A stretch of DNA of 64,000 nt from Bigelowiella natans CCMP2755 (lineage: Eukaryota > Protista > Cercozoa): positions 184,999 through 248,998 of the forward strand of contig ADNK01000489.1 of NCBI GenBank assembly GCA_000320545.1. The letters are read 5' to 3'. Made by a program: the position numbers and the translations under genes. The notes beneath the pieces were generated by a model. That model saw only the letters and a list, made by a program, of their open reading frames with translations. It searched no databases and was not told where the DNA came from. Positions 52,190-64,000 of this stretch are shown in pieces (the stretch's first letter is position 1; every line of letters starts with the position of its first letter).

Positions 52190-52865
52190 TGTAGCTCATC
52201 TCTCAGATTTTTGTGCAAATGTTGTGCAGAATTCGGTTAACAATTTGCACATACAGCAGCACACGAAAGTTGAGTCAATTCCCTTCGCAGTGTTAGTGAC
52301 CATGGGTGAGTACGAGCATGCCACCCGATGCCACATTTCAGCGTAGCCATGCCATCTAGCGCCGAGAGCTCTAGCGCTACATCTGTGTTCTGTTATGATT
52401 GTGGCTAAATTCTGAACATCCATGCATTGCAAGAGAATGTAAGCATTCATGAATGCATGAAGCCGCACGCTCGCACATCTTGGCATACACCATGATGTGG
52501 ATGTGTGCACGCCGCACGCACAGCGGCTGCGCCGATCGAACGGCTAAATAAATCAATGCAGTACAGTGCAACTTTGTGCTTCGAAAAACTGAACTGCAAA
52601 CGGTGTGCGGCGCGATCTAGCGATGTGACAATTGCAGATGGTTCCTATGTCTGCGTCCCAATCGGATGAGAGGCAGAGCATGCAACTCGCAGCATCTAGT
52701 TACTGCATCAATTCGAAGTACAACGTTCAACATTCAACGTTCAATGGGCAGTCTGGCGCTCAAACAGCAGCTTTCTTGGATCCAAGTGTGTGACCTGTCT
52801 AGCTGTGCTGTCAATTCTGCTGGAACTGCTCATGCACGCTGCATGACTAGATGACTAGCGCGTGC
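52190..52865. other. Convergent-junction RY-palindrome tract T8
   Basis: gcatgc, agctctagcgct, catgcattgca, atgaatgcatga, gtgtgcac, tgcagtacagtgca, gcatgactagatgactagcgcg. Confidence 0.75.
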
Positions 52866-52918
52866 GAGTTGCTCTGCCTCAGCCTCTCATCCGATTGGGA
52901 CGCAGACATAGGAACCAT
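52638..52918. repeat. Inverted repeat with 37-bp perfect arms (52638-52674 / 52882-52918), extendable with indels
   Basis: atggttcctatgtctgcgtcccaatcggatgagaggc is exactly reverse-complemented by gcctctcatccgattgggacgcagacataggaaccat. The inner agagc..aactcgca / tgcgagttgctct extends the pairing. Confidence 0.92.
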
Positions 52919-53393
52919 GCATTGTTCGAACGATTGAACGAAGTGGTTCCAGTTTTGCTCAAAAGGACAATGCATCAAAACTGCTCATTGCTGGCATTGC
53001 ATCGCACCTCCTCGCCATCAACAAGAGCACAAAAGAGAAAGAAAGGTTTGAAGAATGAAAAAGAACAACAAGATGAAACAGAAGAAATAGAAGAAGAGAT
53101 GTGTGAATGGAGCCAAAGGGAATGAGAAAATGAATGAACGAACTGTTTCCATTGTGCAGCCGACATCGGCGCAGAGGGACACCAGAGATGCTCGTCAATT
53201 CCACCTCCTCCCCGATCGACACGACCACCAAGAAAAACGAGAGGTCAGTTTCGCATCCACAGGCTTGGATGAATAAATGAGTGAAAAGAGATTCCAATGG
53301 CGAGCTGAAATGAATGGATGAAACGAATGAAGAGTGGTTCGAACGGATCATTGGAGGATCATCGCGGAGTCAACAACGCAAGCTTCTTCCACG

Positions 53394-54390
53394 AATGATC
53401 ACATTTTTACGCGACAATCTTTTATCATTGTCGCAGGCTAGGTTCGTCCTCGTAAATATGTGATTTTGACTGTCGCAGGCGTAGCGGTAGAACTACTACC
53501 AAGAATTGATTGATTGATAATAAGCTTGGGACGGCAGAAGAGCGGGGCGCAACCATCGCCTCCAGATAAAGCGGAAGGACGGAAAGAATACTTGGGAACG
53601 AACAGAAGAAGAAAGAAAGAAGGCGCTTCGGAGTGTACTCCGCCCCTCGTCACATCCTATCCTACGACAAGGTCCCGTGCTTCCTTGTCTGTTTCTGCGT
53701 GCTGCTTGGAATTGTCCTTACCCAATATGTGTTGCTCAGTAAGACTGTAGAACGGGGGGCGTCCCCTGCAATTCGTCACCTTTACGCATTGCATAAGGAA
53801 CTATGGCTGTGACATACATCGCCTTTCCGTCCGTTTTCTACTTCCTTGCCCTTGTGTTCTCCGCAAACGGCACTCTGTTGTACACGTGCAGTTGGAATCT
53901 TGCAAACATGCATTGGGCTGCAGACTTTTATGGCCGAAGTAAGTTTCTGGTCAAAATTAAATGTGAATCCTTTTCGAACTTGAGTACGTCTTACAGGCTC
54001 GTATACTGGAGCTGGGAGATTAAACGCACATCTGCAGAGGAATTCGGCCGTGTTGATGCTAGGATCAGCTTTGCTGAATATAAAAGCTGCCACATCACGA
54101 TGTACACAGTAGAGAAAACAGCTGATGTTTACCATGAGATTTTTTTTTAGAGGGGAAATCTTCTCGCTGCACTTGCTGTTAAACTTGTTTATGATCTAAT
54201 ATGTAACTACTTTCGATCAGCGAACTCGACGAGGAAAGTGGCATCGTATTGGAATTACATCATCATAACTCATTACATAATTGAGTACTTCATGGATCAA
54301 GTCGGCGGCGTCATGATTATTTGCATAGCTATGATGCTCATACTGGTGAACAAGTTTCTCAATTTCCAAACAAACACGAATTTGATATGA
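53394..54390 (+). CDS. Putative small multi-pass membrane protein
   Basis: Exons ...KKALRSVLRPSSHPILRQ|GTMAVTYIAFPSVFYFLALVFSANG...; NSAVLMLGSALL; GNLLAALAVKLVYDLICNYF...GGVMIICIAMMLILVNKF...LI*. Confidence 0.45.
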
Positions 54391-54569
54391 GTTTAATATT
54401 CAGATCCTGTATTACGAGCACAGAGAGGAAGCTTTATTTGCTGCTCCAGAACGACGCAGATATTAAGAATACTTGTACGAAGCTGAGACAATGATAACAT
54501 GATAAGCGTCTCACCATCTTATTGAATTAGACAGCTGTTGAAACTTTCGACGATATTACACACACAATT

Positions 54570-55310
54570 GTATGTGTGTACATATATGCATATACATATA
54601 TAACATTAATATTGCATGTTTAAAGATGAACATTTGCAACCTGCAGTTGAGGAGAGACTAAGTCTATTTTTTAGAATCGCGTTCATTCTATTTGCGCCGC
54701 CAACTACTGCATTCTAGGTAAATGAGATGCCGCTAAAATAATTTAAACTCTAATAAATTCAGGAAGAGGCAGTCATAAATTATTTGTGTAGCTCGTACAC
54801 ACACAGCATGTGCAATAAAAATTTGAGTATACGTTTCAAAATGCTACTACCAGCTGTGACTTGCATATGATAGATAGAGAAGTACAAGCTATCTGTGGTA
54901 GCTCTGTGTCACAGTACAGCGCTTTAGCTAGCTATACCGATGCGACGAGGTCATTCATCGACTGCTGTCTAGCAAAGTAGCTGTATAGGCTAAAAACCAG
55001 CAATTACGCACATTCATAGCGCCAAGTAGGCAACGCGAGCGAGCTGGTACGTTGCGGTGCTGTGCGCTGATTGATCGATGCGCCGCGCGCTCCGTCAGCT
55101 CCGTCATTATGGCATTTCGCATGACCAATGATAATTGCAGCGGTCTAGCGGTGATGGTGCACACGCATGGCAACAGAGTATAATTAAGTAAAACTTCACG
55201 AATCGGGGATTTGCTCTGCGAACCACGCAACGACATCATCGTACCAGATCGCGACTAACTTTTACAATGACTGGCAGCAGGTAGACGTCAGCGTAGACAT
55301 GGCAATACGA
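54570..55310. other. Convergent-junction RY-palindrome tract T9
   Basis: gcatgtgca, ttgcatatga, gtagctct, agcgctttagctagctata, gcgagcgagct, cgccgcgcgc, gtgcacacgcatg. Directly 3' of BUB3 (-). Confidence 0.7.
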
Positions 55311-55321
55311 TTACGATGTAC

Positions 55322-57272
55322 TCATTTAGATTTCTTTCTACATTCTTCCTCCGAGATCTTACGAACGATTATCGAATCCCTACAGCAGAAACACATCAGA
55401 ATAGAAAACGTCGAGGAGAATAGGTATTTACCGTGGTGAGTTTCTATCTTTAAACTCGCCCATGAATGATTGAGCCACCGCTAGAAGTGTTCCTATTCGG
55501 ACATAAACAAATCTATATCAGATTTTAATCTCAACATTATAAATTTCATCACACGCTATACCGTCAACATTGTAGTCCAGGTACGATATAGACGTTTGTG
55601 AGGGAGGATAACTAGGAGAAGAATGAAACGAAACAATCAGTATGGAAAATATAAACAGAGATTGTGTAAATTACTGGCAAATACGCTTCTTCGCGAAGCC
55701 ATCCCATTGGTTCACCTTTAAATATTTCGTGGGCTCATTAAGTGTGTGAATATCCTGGATTTTCTTTGAAAACTTACCACTCCGTCGCTTCCGCCACTAG
55801 CAAATGTACCGTATCTGCATAAACCGAACAGTAATTACTTAATACATCTAAAATCAGTCACTAGGCAATTATAACTAAGGACATACTTTGGATGAAAAGC
55901 AAGAGCGTTGATAGGATACCTACAAGACATTTTTAATCGAGATATATTCTATCATTTCACAAATATTCCCCCAAATATTTTATTTTAGGCGTATGTTCAA
56001 CATGATCTGTCTCCCAGATTCCACTTTCCGATGGGCTTTGAAGGCGTATCTAATCAAAGTAAATTATTTTCACCCAGTTTACAGCGTTCAATGAGCTTTT
56101 AGAAAAAATTACTTCTTCCTTTGGATCTGCTCTGAGACATCAAAATATTCGATGGCTATCCTCCCCTCACAAGAACCAACAGCATATCTGGCGAGGTAAT
56201 GACGTTAGTTCATCTCTTACATCCATTCAACTCGTATATATACCCATGCCCATTAGGGAAACATCGCACTATTCGCAGCATATTCTGCAAAGAGGATTCC
56301 CGAACTTGTTCAGGAGTTGCTATTTTACGGATATCGTGAATCGTCACCTAGATTTGTGCAGGAATTTAAATCTGTGAGGCCTATGGAGGACAATTAACTT
56401 ACATATCGCCCGCTGGTTGCAAGAACGATTCGATTGCCTGAGATACTCATAGAGTATGCTCGCCCCTTTGATATACAAAATCCATTATTCAAATAGACCT
56501 TCGAAATTGTTAAGGTGTCGCAGCATGATTTCAAGGTAGGATGACTTTCAGGTTGATCGAGTTTGCGCAAGCGTTCATGGCCCTTGGGTCCCAGAGCTTC
56601 ATCTGAAAACAATATTCATTTGCATCTCACGTCGAATCTACGAAAAAATAGTAGACTAAAGAGAGGAATGGAACCTACTTTCTGATCCCAGCCAGCCGAA
56701 ACAAAGAGTTTGGAAGCGTGACAATATTCGATACACTTAATCCCAGAGCTCTCAAGTTCCTTCCCATGGCATCCTAGTTCTCTGACCTCTCCACTCTGAT
56801 ATTAAAACCTTGACTTAAAAACCTTGACTTCAAAGGATCATACAATGTTTAAAATTGTTACCGTGAAGTCAATCATATAGATAATCCCATTGAGGCACCC
56901 AACATATGCTTTTTTGTCATCAGGCGCAAGTGCTCCATCTAGTACTGCCGTATTGAGATCAAACCTATTATGTTAGTACAGTTCTGAGTTTGGAGGTCTA
57001 TACACAAATAAATCGATGTTTGACGACGTACTTTTGCAATAGCCTATCGTCATTTACGTTGTAATATCTCACTGTCTCGTCCCAGGATGTGGCCTTTTCA
57101 TGAACCAAGGAAGCATTTCGTATCAATCACTATCAAAGATTCTCGCGGTACAACTGAAGTTTAAGTTTGAAAATTGAAAATACTTGACCAAGAGGTTATT
57201 CGAGTGATTTGCAAAGACAGTGGCTGTAATGCCATCCGAAGGTGGTTGGGATAACTCGGACACGGAGTGCAT
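55322..57272 (-). CDS. BUB3: Mitotic checkpoint WD40 protein BUB3
   Basis: MHSVSELSQPPSDGITATVF...SWD; FVSAGWDQK|MKLWDPR; GRAYSMSISGNRIVLATSGR; QVRESSLQNMLRIVRCFPNG; YAVGSCEGRIAIEYFD...KK|YAFKAHR; YPINALAFHPK|YGTFASGGSDGVVNQWDGFAKKR; GTLLAVAQS...KKSK*. RESSL, EGRIAIEYFD and YAFKxHR favour BUB3 over RAE1. Confidence 0.92.
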
Positions 57273-57947
57273 TTACACTATTGTCTTCCTTGTCCTCAGC
57301 TGTCAATCTGTCGAAAAAATAAACATCATCTGGAAGCCAAGCATTCGATCACTCTCAAAAATGTCTGCAGGTTTCCAAATGTAGAAAATACTTCAGTCTA
57401 ACACATGAAGCTAAGCTCGAGAGGGGGGGCAATCTAATACCAAACGGTGAGGATGGAGTATTTTAAGGCATACGGCTTCCCGCGCAGCTAAACTGGCACG
57501 ATATAAAGGGGATTTGTATCGTGCGACATCAAATGAGATCATGGAACGTTAAAACGCATGTAGTTGTCAGTCGCTAAGTCGCAGCACAAAAATCCCAGAC
57601 GTATTGATCACTTTGTCGGTGATCTTCCTCTTGCAGAAGCTTGCCGAGCCGAGCATTATTCCCTCATACCAATTAGCTCTCCTGCGATCTCCATTCTGCT
57701 ATTGGGCCTGGTTCAGCAGTAGTCTAGAGTAAGTGGAAACTTATGAAGATTCTGAACCAGCACTTGAGGTTCGACGCCTCAAGAGATCATGCGATTGTCA
57801 CCTCAATTTTTATCCCTACAGCTGAAGCGTATCCACTCATGTGGATTTTTAAAAGTTACGACCGATGCGTTTTGGTAGCTACTGATGTGTGATAAAAGAC
57901 CACCTAAGTCTAATTTAATTTAGTTAAGGGTTTAATAAACGAATATA

Positions 57948-58033
<86 letters not shown>

Positions 58034-58389
58034 TTCTTTGTTCGAAGTTTACCCCCACTTTGCGCGGACGTTGCCGCTTACCAGCGTTACAATAAGGCGG
58101 AATAGAACAATAATATTAAAAAAGAACAGGATCAGTTCAGTAGTTCATTGCGGGAGGGAAAATTAAGCACATGGTGACGGACAGAGAGAATTACCCTCTC
58201 ACGGTACTGTGTCTGCTACTATACTACAGCATAACGCGCAGGCATTATTTGCTATTTCTGTAATTTTAAAACTTTCTCGAAAATTATAGCCACACAGACA
58301 ACGAACGTTTCATCACACTTGGATGACACATGTTTTAGACTTTCTCCACTCATAAAAGCGCTTTGGTATCAGTAGGTACAGTTGCCCTG

Positions 58390-58760
58390 TTAATACCGTC
58401 GCCATCATCATAATGAAACATTTAAACAAATGAGACATTGGGCGCTTGCCAATGTGCAGCTTCCGGTTGTGATCTCGCACATAATTAGAATTCATGCTGG
58501 TGTTGCACCAGCCAGGCATGAGCGCACTATGCATGTAGTAACTCAATTATGTATCAAAGAAAACAATGTGTCACAGCTGCATAAGAAGCACTAGAGCAAG
58601 CAATAATGTGAATGGCGAAATATGCACATAAGTACTCATAGTTATTAAACCATCTCACTTTAGCTAGACCAGTGCGCACAGTTTTATACAGACTGCGTGT
58701 GTCATGAGTGCATACATTTCACCTGCACACAAGGTCGCAATAAATGTACAAATCACGCTA
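58390..58760. other. Convergent-junction RY-palindrome tract T10
   Basis: tgtgcagct, gttgcac, gcgcactatgcatgtag, cagctgcat, tatgcacat, agctagacc, gtgcgcac, gtgcatac, gctagt. Directly 3' of the hydrolase stop at 58821. Confidence 0.65.
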
Positions 58761-58820
58761 GTGTTACCTCATTGACATTAAGTTTAAAATGGGGGATCAT
58801 TTTAATTTATTGGTTGACGC

Positions 58821-60366
58821 TCACGATCTCGGCGGTGCGTCATCAGACATGGGAGAAATCAACGGCGAATGATTTCCAATTTTATCCTCCACACCCAGAT
58901 TCTCGACGTCATCATCCGTCTCAGAGACCAGAATGTTCACCATCGCCGCATACACATGATAAAGATCCTGTGGCAAACAAAAACAGTCAGTATCAATACT
59001 CTTGCAACTTATTCCGCATTTACGAAGGGCATGCGGGACCTGTTGGAGTTGTGGCTTAAATAAACGTGTCAGGATAGTCTCCAGTCGCACCAGCTGCCGG
59101 CTGGATCCATCCAACCGACCACATATTCAATTAAATAAGTACACACCACACACACACACACACGCGCGCGCGCACTAGAGGGTATTATTGGAATTGATGT
59201 TTTCCATGCATGACTACGTCGTGATGATGTTATATCCGATTATGTTGTGCCTGACACCTATCTGTTTGGCAGATGCTGTAGGTCCTTTTTTCTGGAAATG
59301 GGGCTCATCTAGTTCACGCCCGGATGTTTCTCGGTCTGCTGAAAGTCCTCTTCTATTCCCCATGTCATCGTTCGCCTCCTCGTTGTTCTCTTCCTCCTCC
59401 TCTACATTCTCAGGAGCACTATTTGAGTCTCCATTCTCCCGCGGCTTTCCTCCCAAAATAGTGTCCATCTGGGGTAACAAAGATGGTGAAGATGATGATG
59501 AAGATGATGACGATGGCGGTGGTTGCAATATGGGAAAAATACATTCGCGCATACACACAAACGCACGCGTGCAACGCAACGCAACGCAACGCAACGCACA
59601 TATATTTCTACAAATTATTATACATAGCAAACTTATATTGCTCAAGACATGTGAGTATGTGTATGTGTGTGTGTGTATGCACCCCAAGATACAGTTGACG
59701 ATCAAACTCTTTCAAGTTGTTGAGGTTGAGCAGCATTCCGTTGATGAGCCCTCCATCGCCACCTGCTCCTCCAGATCCAAAGAACCCTGTTGTCGCATTC
59801 GAGTTTGTTGTTGTCGTACTGCTCACATCGAAGTCTTTGCTTGTATACATGGAGATACCAGCTGGCTCTGCCGTCGTCTTCTCCCTCTCCTCCTCCTCCT
59901 CCTCCTCCTCCTCCTCCCCCCTCTCCTCTTCCGTCATCATCATATCGGTGGAGTCAAAGCTGTCGTCACGAGCTCTCTCGCCCTCCCCCATTGACGATGA
60001 GGAAGACATTTCCCTAGGGATGATCGATGGTACGCTCTTCCATACAGGGTTAGTGTGAGCAAGATCCTCCTTGTAACGAATCACCAAAGAGCCCGGAATT
60101 TCTGCGTCATCCTGTTGAGGTGGTGGTGGGGGGGAGGGGATAAATTACGGTAGAACAACATATCTGAATAGTATTTCCAGTAATAAACAGGGTGGGACAA
60201 CAGCAGCATTGTATGCATTGATAACCACCATCCCTATAGTAGTTGCAGACAGAGATTCACTGACTTGTGTTTAGCTGCTTGCCTCCATACACGAACTATT
60301 CCTACTGTTTTTTACTATTTCTACTTTTACTACTGCTACTGTTATTGCTACTGCTGCTACTACTTA

Positions 60367-60406
<40 letters not shown>

Positions 60407-60771
60407 ATCATCACTACCGGTACGACAAGCCCATCTGTGCTGGTTGAGTAGCGGCGTGAGTGGTATGCGGAGAGGGGCATCATGGTTGAAGAGATCTACG
60501 CGAGCAAAGAAGAGGAGGAGGAGGAGGAGGAAGAAGAAGAAGAATAAGGATAAAAGGGTTGGTTGCGAGAAGAGAAATAATTGCAGCTGCGAACTATTGT
60601 TGTTATTGCTTACCCCAGATGTCATCGAGTGGAAACTAACCACCTAATAAACAAAAAAGAGCGACACGCAATCATCGGCAGTAATTGTGCCACGACGCAG
60701 ATAGCGGTGCACAGACAATGAGGATGGAGAGCAGAAGACAAAGCGTAGTGATTCTCCGTGCATAGTGAGTG

Positions 60772-60808
<37 letters not shown>

Positions 60809-61325
60809 CTCCGAGATGAATCTCTCACCGGTACGTCCTGCGGAAAAGGATGTTTTTTTATGAATTCTTTGCGAGAAGAATATGCCAAGTCCTCCACCGA
60901 TTGCCAGTCGCCGCGCAGATAACTAACAGATATGGCGGGCAGATAGAAAAGATGAAGAAGAAGAAGAAGAAGAAGAAAAGGAAGGAAAAATAAAAGAAGT
61001 GGTGTTGTATATCGTAAGAGCTATAACTGAAATTAAGTGTAATGATTGAGCGGAGTGTTGTAGACTCTTCTGGTGATCGGTCTGATATAAGTGGTGAGAA
61101 GACGAAGAAAGGGGAGGAAGAGTAGTCGCATGAACTTACTTTTCCACCCATCCTTTGAGTACATCTTGCAGCTGCCAGTCAGACAGGGCCTCCTGAAGAA
61201 GAAGAACAATAACAACAACAACAAGCCGAATACGATAGGAACGATGACAATAACAGTGATGATGATGATGCTAATCATTGATCTATCCGTTGTGGTTATC
61301 GTCTATGTGGTGCCGCTAATTCAAC

Positions 61326-61380
<55 letters not shown>

Positions 61381-62933
61381 AAGTAGGAGAATCGTGATTG
61401 AGCACCATTGTACCTTTGCCACCACGACAGCACCAAAACCACCACCACAACAACAATTGCAACTCCAATATTATAACAACGCACGTATCATGCTAGGTAG
61501 GACCTCAGCCAATGGAGCTCCTGCGTAAGGCGATTGCACTGTTATCAACCCTCTGACCATGCTTTTAACATCTAGTAGTGCAGTAATCCGCATAGCAACA
61601 AGTGATGACGACGACGATGATGATGATGATGATGATGATGATGAAAGGCGTTCGTGTGAGTTGTTTGTCACATATCCTCTCCTAACTCTCGTTCCCTTTC
61701 TCCATCCTCTCCCCCCCCCCCCTTCTTGGCATCTCTGTAACTGTTTCCAGTCTCTACAATCGTCTTTCCCTATCTGTCTTTGTTTTATCTCTCTCTTGTT
61801 GACTGCCGTGTTGTTGTTGTTGTCGTCGTTGTTGTTGGTGGTGTTATTGCTTTTTCTTATTTGACTCTGCTGCGACCTGGCTTCAAAGAAAGAGTTGCAG
61901 CAGCATCTACGCCTCCCTACATTTTGGCCAACATCTTAGCAAATCACTCTCCGTCACTATTATCCCCACAATCCTCTTCATCATCATCGTAAATTAAATC
62001 ATTAATCAAGGGAATAAAGCATTCGTATCCTGCTGATTATGAACAGCCAACACGAATACACTGCATCATCACTATGCGTCTATTCCCTCATCCACCCAAT
62101 CAACCGTCTTCATAAACAGGGAAATCATCGATGCAGTGCTGCTTGATTCTTCTTCCTCCCCTCCCTTTCTTTGCTAATCAGCATAGCATGTACTCGGCTC
62201 TACTAGACCTTGGAATGGCCGATGAGAATAACTTTCTTCCCATGAAAACGATTCATGCTCTGAATCTAGTGGGTGGAATAGAGAGATGAAGAGGGTTGAC
62301 AGGGGACAGAAGGATGAGCGCGGGCATGAAGAAGAAGAAGAAGAAGGAGGAGGAGGAGGAGAAGGAGAATCGACTTTTGTTTATTTGTTGCAAACAATAG
62401 TAGTGGTAGTGCACTTCCTCTCTTCCTCCCATTTACCGACGATGATTTGAGGAAGGAGGAGTCAATGTTGATGTCCTCATCTTCATGCCTACTAACAAAA
62501 CACCTACTAACTAACTAACTAACTAACTAACTAAGAAGAACCTCCTTTTCGAGAGACTGGACATTGTTGAGTACTGACCCCGTGCCAGATACGTTGGAAA
62601 TCGCCACCTCGCACCTCAATTTCATCATCATCATCATCATCGTATCATATAATAATATCATAAGATAATATCATAGGTAATCAATACTCTCACATTCCCA
62701 AACGACTTCAATCAATGAGGAGGAGGAGGAGGAGGAGGAGGAGGAGGAGGAGGAAAGGAAGAGTAGTAGTAGTAGTAGTAATAGTAGTAGGTGAATCTAT
62801 CTTGGTATTCGGTCGTCCACTAAATTCCAACAGAGCAAATCACACTAATACTACTACTTCTAATACCCCTCTCGTATCATGCAATCTGCCAGCGGCTTGA
62901 AGTACCCAGGGTACATTTCCCAAAGCAGCCTGC

Positions 62934-62966
<33 letters not shown>

Positions 62967-63070
62967 CATAGTAGTAGTTGAGTGAGCTAGGTGCTGCACC
63001 CTGCTACTGTTTGTGTTCCTTTTCCTTTCTTCGCCTCGAATACTACCAAGAGAAAGATCGTAATCATCCC

Positions 63071-63101
<31 letters not shown>

Positions 63102-63261
63102 GTCAAACCCAGGCACGAGGAGATAGGCGTAGGAAGTAGGAAAGAAGAGCTGCTCCGCCCGGTTGCAGAGTTGGTAAAACTTTCCAGTCGTATCCTTTGG
63201 TGGAGGTCATTGGTAGTAGCAGTAGTAGTAGTTGTAGAAGTAGTCATATGATTGATTATAG

Positions 63262-63334
<73 letters not shown>

Positions 63335-63486
63335 ACAGCAGCAACAAGCACCTTGGTTGGAGGCACAAGGCCTTGAAGCTCAGCTTCTTTCAGCCAACCC
63401 ATAGCCTCACCACCCTGATCGAAGCATTCATCATCCAACGCAATATTATCAGGATCATCATCAATTATCACTGCCATCACTCCTCG

Positions 63487-63521
<35 letters not shown>

Positions 63522-63910
63522 ATTGTTGTTGTTGTTGTCATGACACAGCCCTCTACCTTGCCATCTAAGCCTGAACGAGAGAGGATGTAGTAGGCCGTTG
63601 CGTAGACGTCTTGAAGCTACGATCATCATGGAAATAGAATGGAAGAGAGGATGATGCAACCAGCTAGAGAAATCAGTAGCAGCGAGTCATATGTTTCCAC
63701 GTGAGGGACAACGAGAAGAAGGAAGGAAGGAAGGAAGGAGTGCTGAGTAGAGGTCTTGTGACATACATAGTAGCAGTAGAAACAGGCATGGCTACCTGCC
63801 GAAGTGTTTCCTGCAACTCCACCACTTTCCCCTCCCCTAATCGAGAGGTCACCACATCCCTTGCTCTCCAAATATTGGTAGTCGCCTTTGATGTTGCTTT
63901 CCTTGAGATT
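58821..63910 (-). CDS. Alpha/beta-hydrolase (lipase-like, resembling plant At2g44970-type proteins); 5' end probably off the right edge
   Basis: Exons YAYLLVPG|LLWEMYPGYF; GSVLNNVQSLEKE|IQSMNRFHGKKVILIGHSK|GGVDAAATLSL (nucleophile elbow GHSKGG); GLITVQSPYAGAPLAE; EDLAYSSRKEFIKKHPFPQDVP|VVSFHS; DAEIPGSLVIRYKEDLAH (His); final exon DLYHVYAAMVNILVSE...PPRS*. Confidence 0.88.
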
Positions 63911-64000
63911 CAGCCCTTAGGGTCAAGTAGTCATAGAATCAAAAACAACAACAAAAAACAACAAACAACAACAAACAACAAAGGAGAAAGAAGGGAAATG

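Larger units (their letters stand above)
1..64000. repeat. Pervasive simple-sequence repeats ((CT)n, (CA)n, (TA)n, (CAT)n, (CTA)n, (GCT)n, (GAG)n, poly-C/G), mostly intronic
   Basis: Directly visible throughout, e.g. 55-115, 2325-2378, 13545-13588, 57950-58031, 63265-63330. They generate most of the low-complexity ORFs in the track. Confidence 0.97.

Noticed and set aside
59188-59994. 268-aa + strand ORF and other long low-complexity ORFs (poly-H, THTH, CVCV, YIYI, LSLS)
   Set aside because: These arise from microsatellites or are antisense to real exons.
62504-62535. (ACTA)n run resembling tandem TACTAAC branch points
   Set aside because: It lies on the strand opposite to the host gene and next to a donor site; it is a simple tetranucleotide repeat.
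1-64000. tRNA, rRNA, snRNA genes and autonomous transposons (RT, integrase, transposase)
   Set aside because: No recognisable motifs found by eye; a covariance-model and repeat-library scan would be needed to exclude them.

Overview
This is eukaryotic nuclear DNA from an intron-dense, microsatellite-rich protist genome. A chlorarachniophyte/rhizarian-type origin is a plausible but unverified guess. Most of the supplied ORF track is microsatellite noise, so I reconstructed genes by reading exons across GT/GC-AG junctions by eye. Recognisable genes: a CDPK/CaMK-type kinase (-, partial), BRICK1/HSPC300 (+), a decayed SRCR surface-protein gene (-), a thermospermine-synthase-like aminopropyltransferase (+), an intronless bacterial/viral-type vWA protein (-), a DUF1996-stalk-SEA-TM-WW receptor-like protein (-), a large coiled-coil+LRR protein (-), BUB3 (-) and a GHSKGG alpha/beta-hydrolase (-, partial). 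Several orphan genes are also present. The most striking signal is architectural. Transcription units appear to alternate strand almost strictly (-,+,-,+...). Each of about 10 convergent 3'-3' junctions carries a compositionally distinct 0.4-0.9 kb tract packed with short purine/pyrimidine palindromes (TGCA, CATG, AGCT, CTAG, GCTAGC, GTGCAC, GCGC). Three tracts also carry 7 copies of a ~65-90 bp dyad-symmetric element, and another carries a 37-bp perfect inverted repeat. Together these suggest a dedicated terminator/boundary system. Exon boundaries for the orphan genes are approximate.
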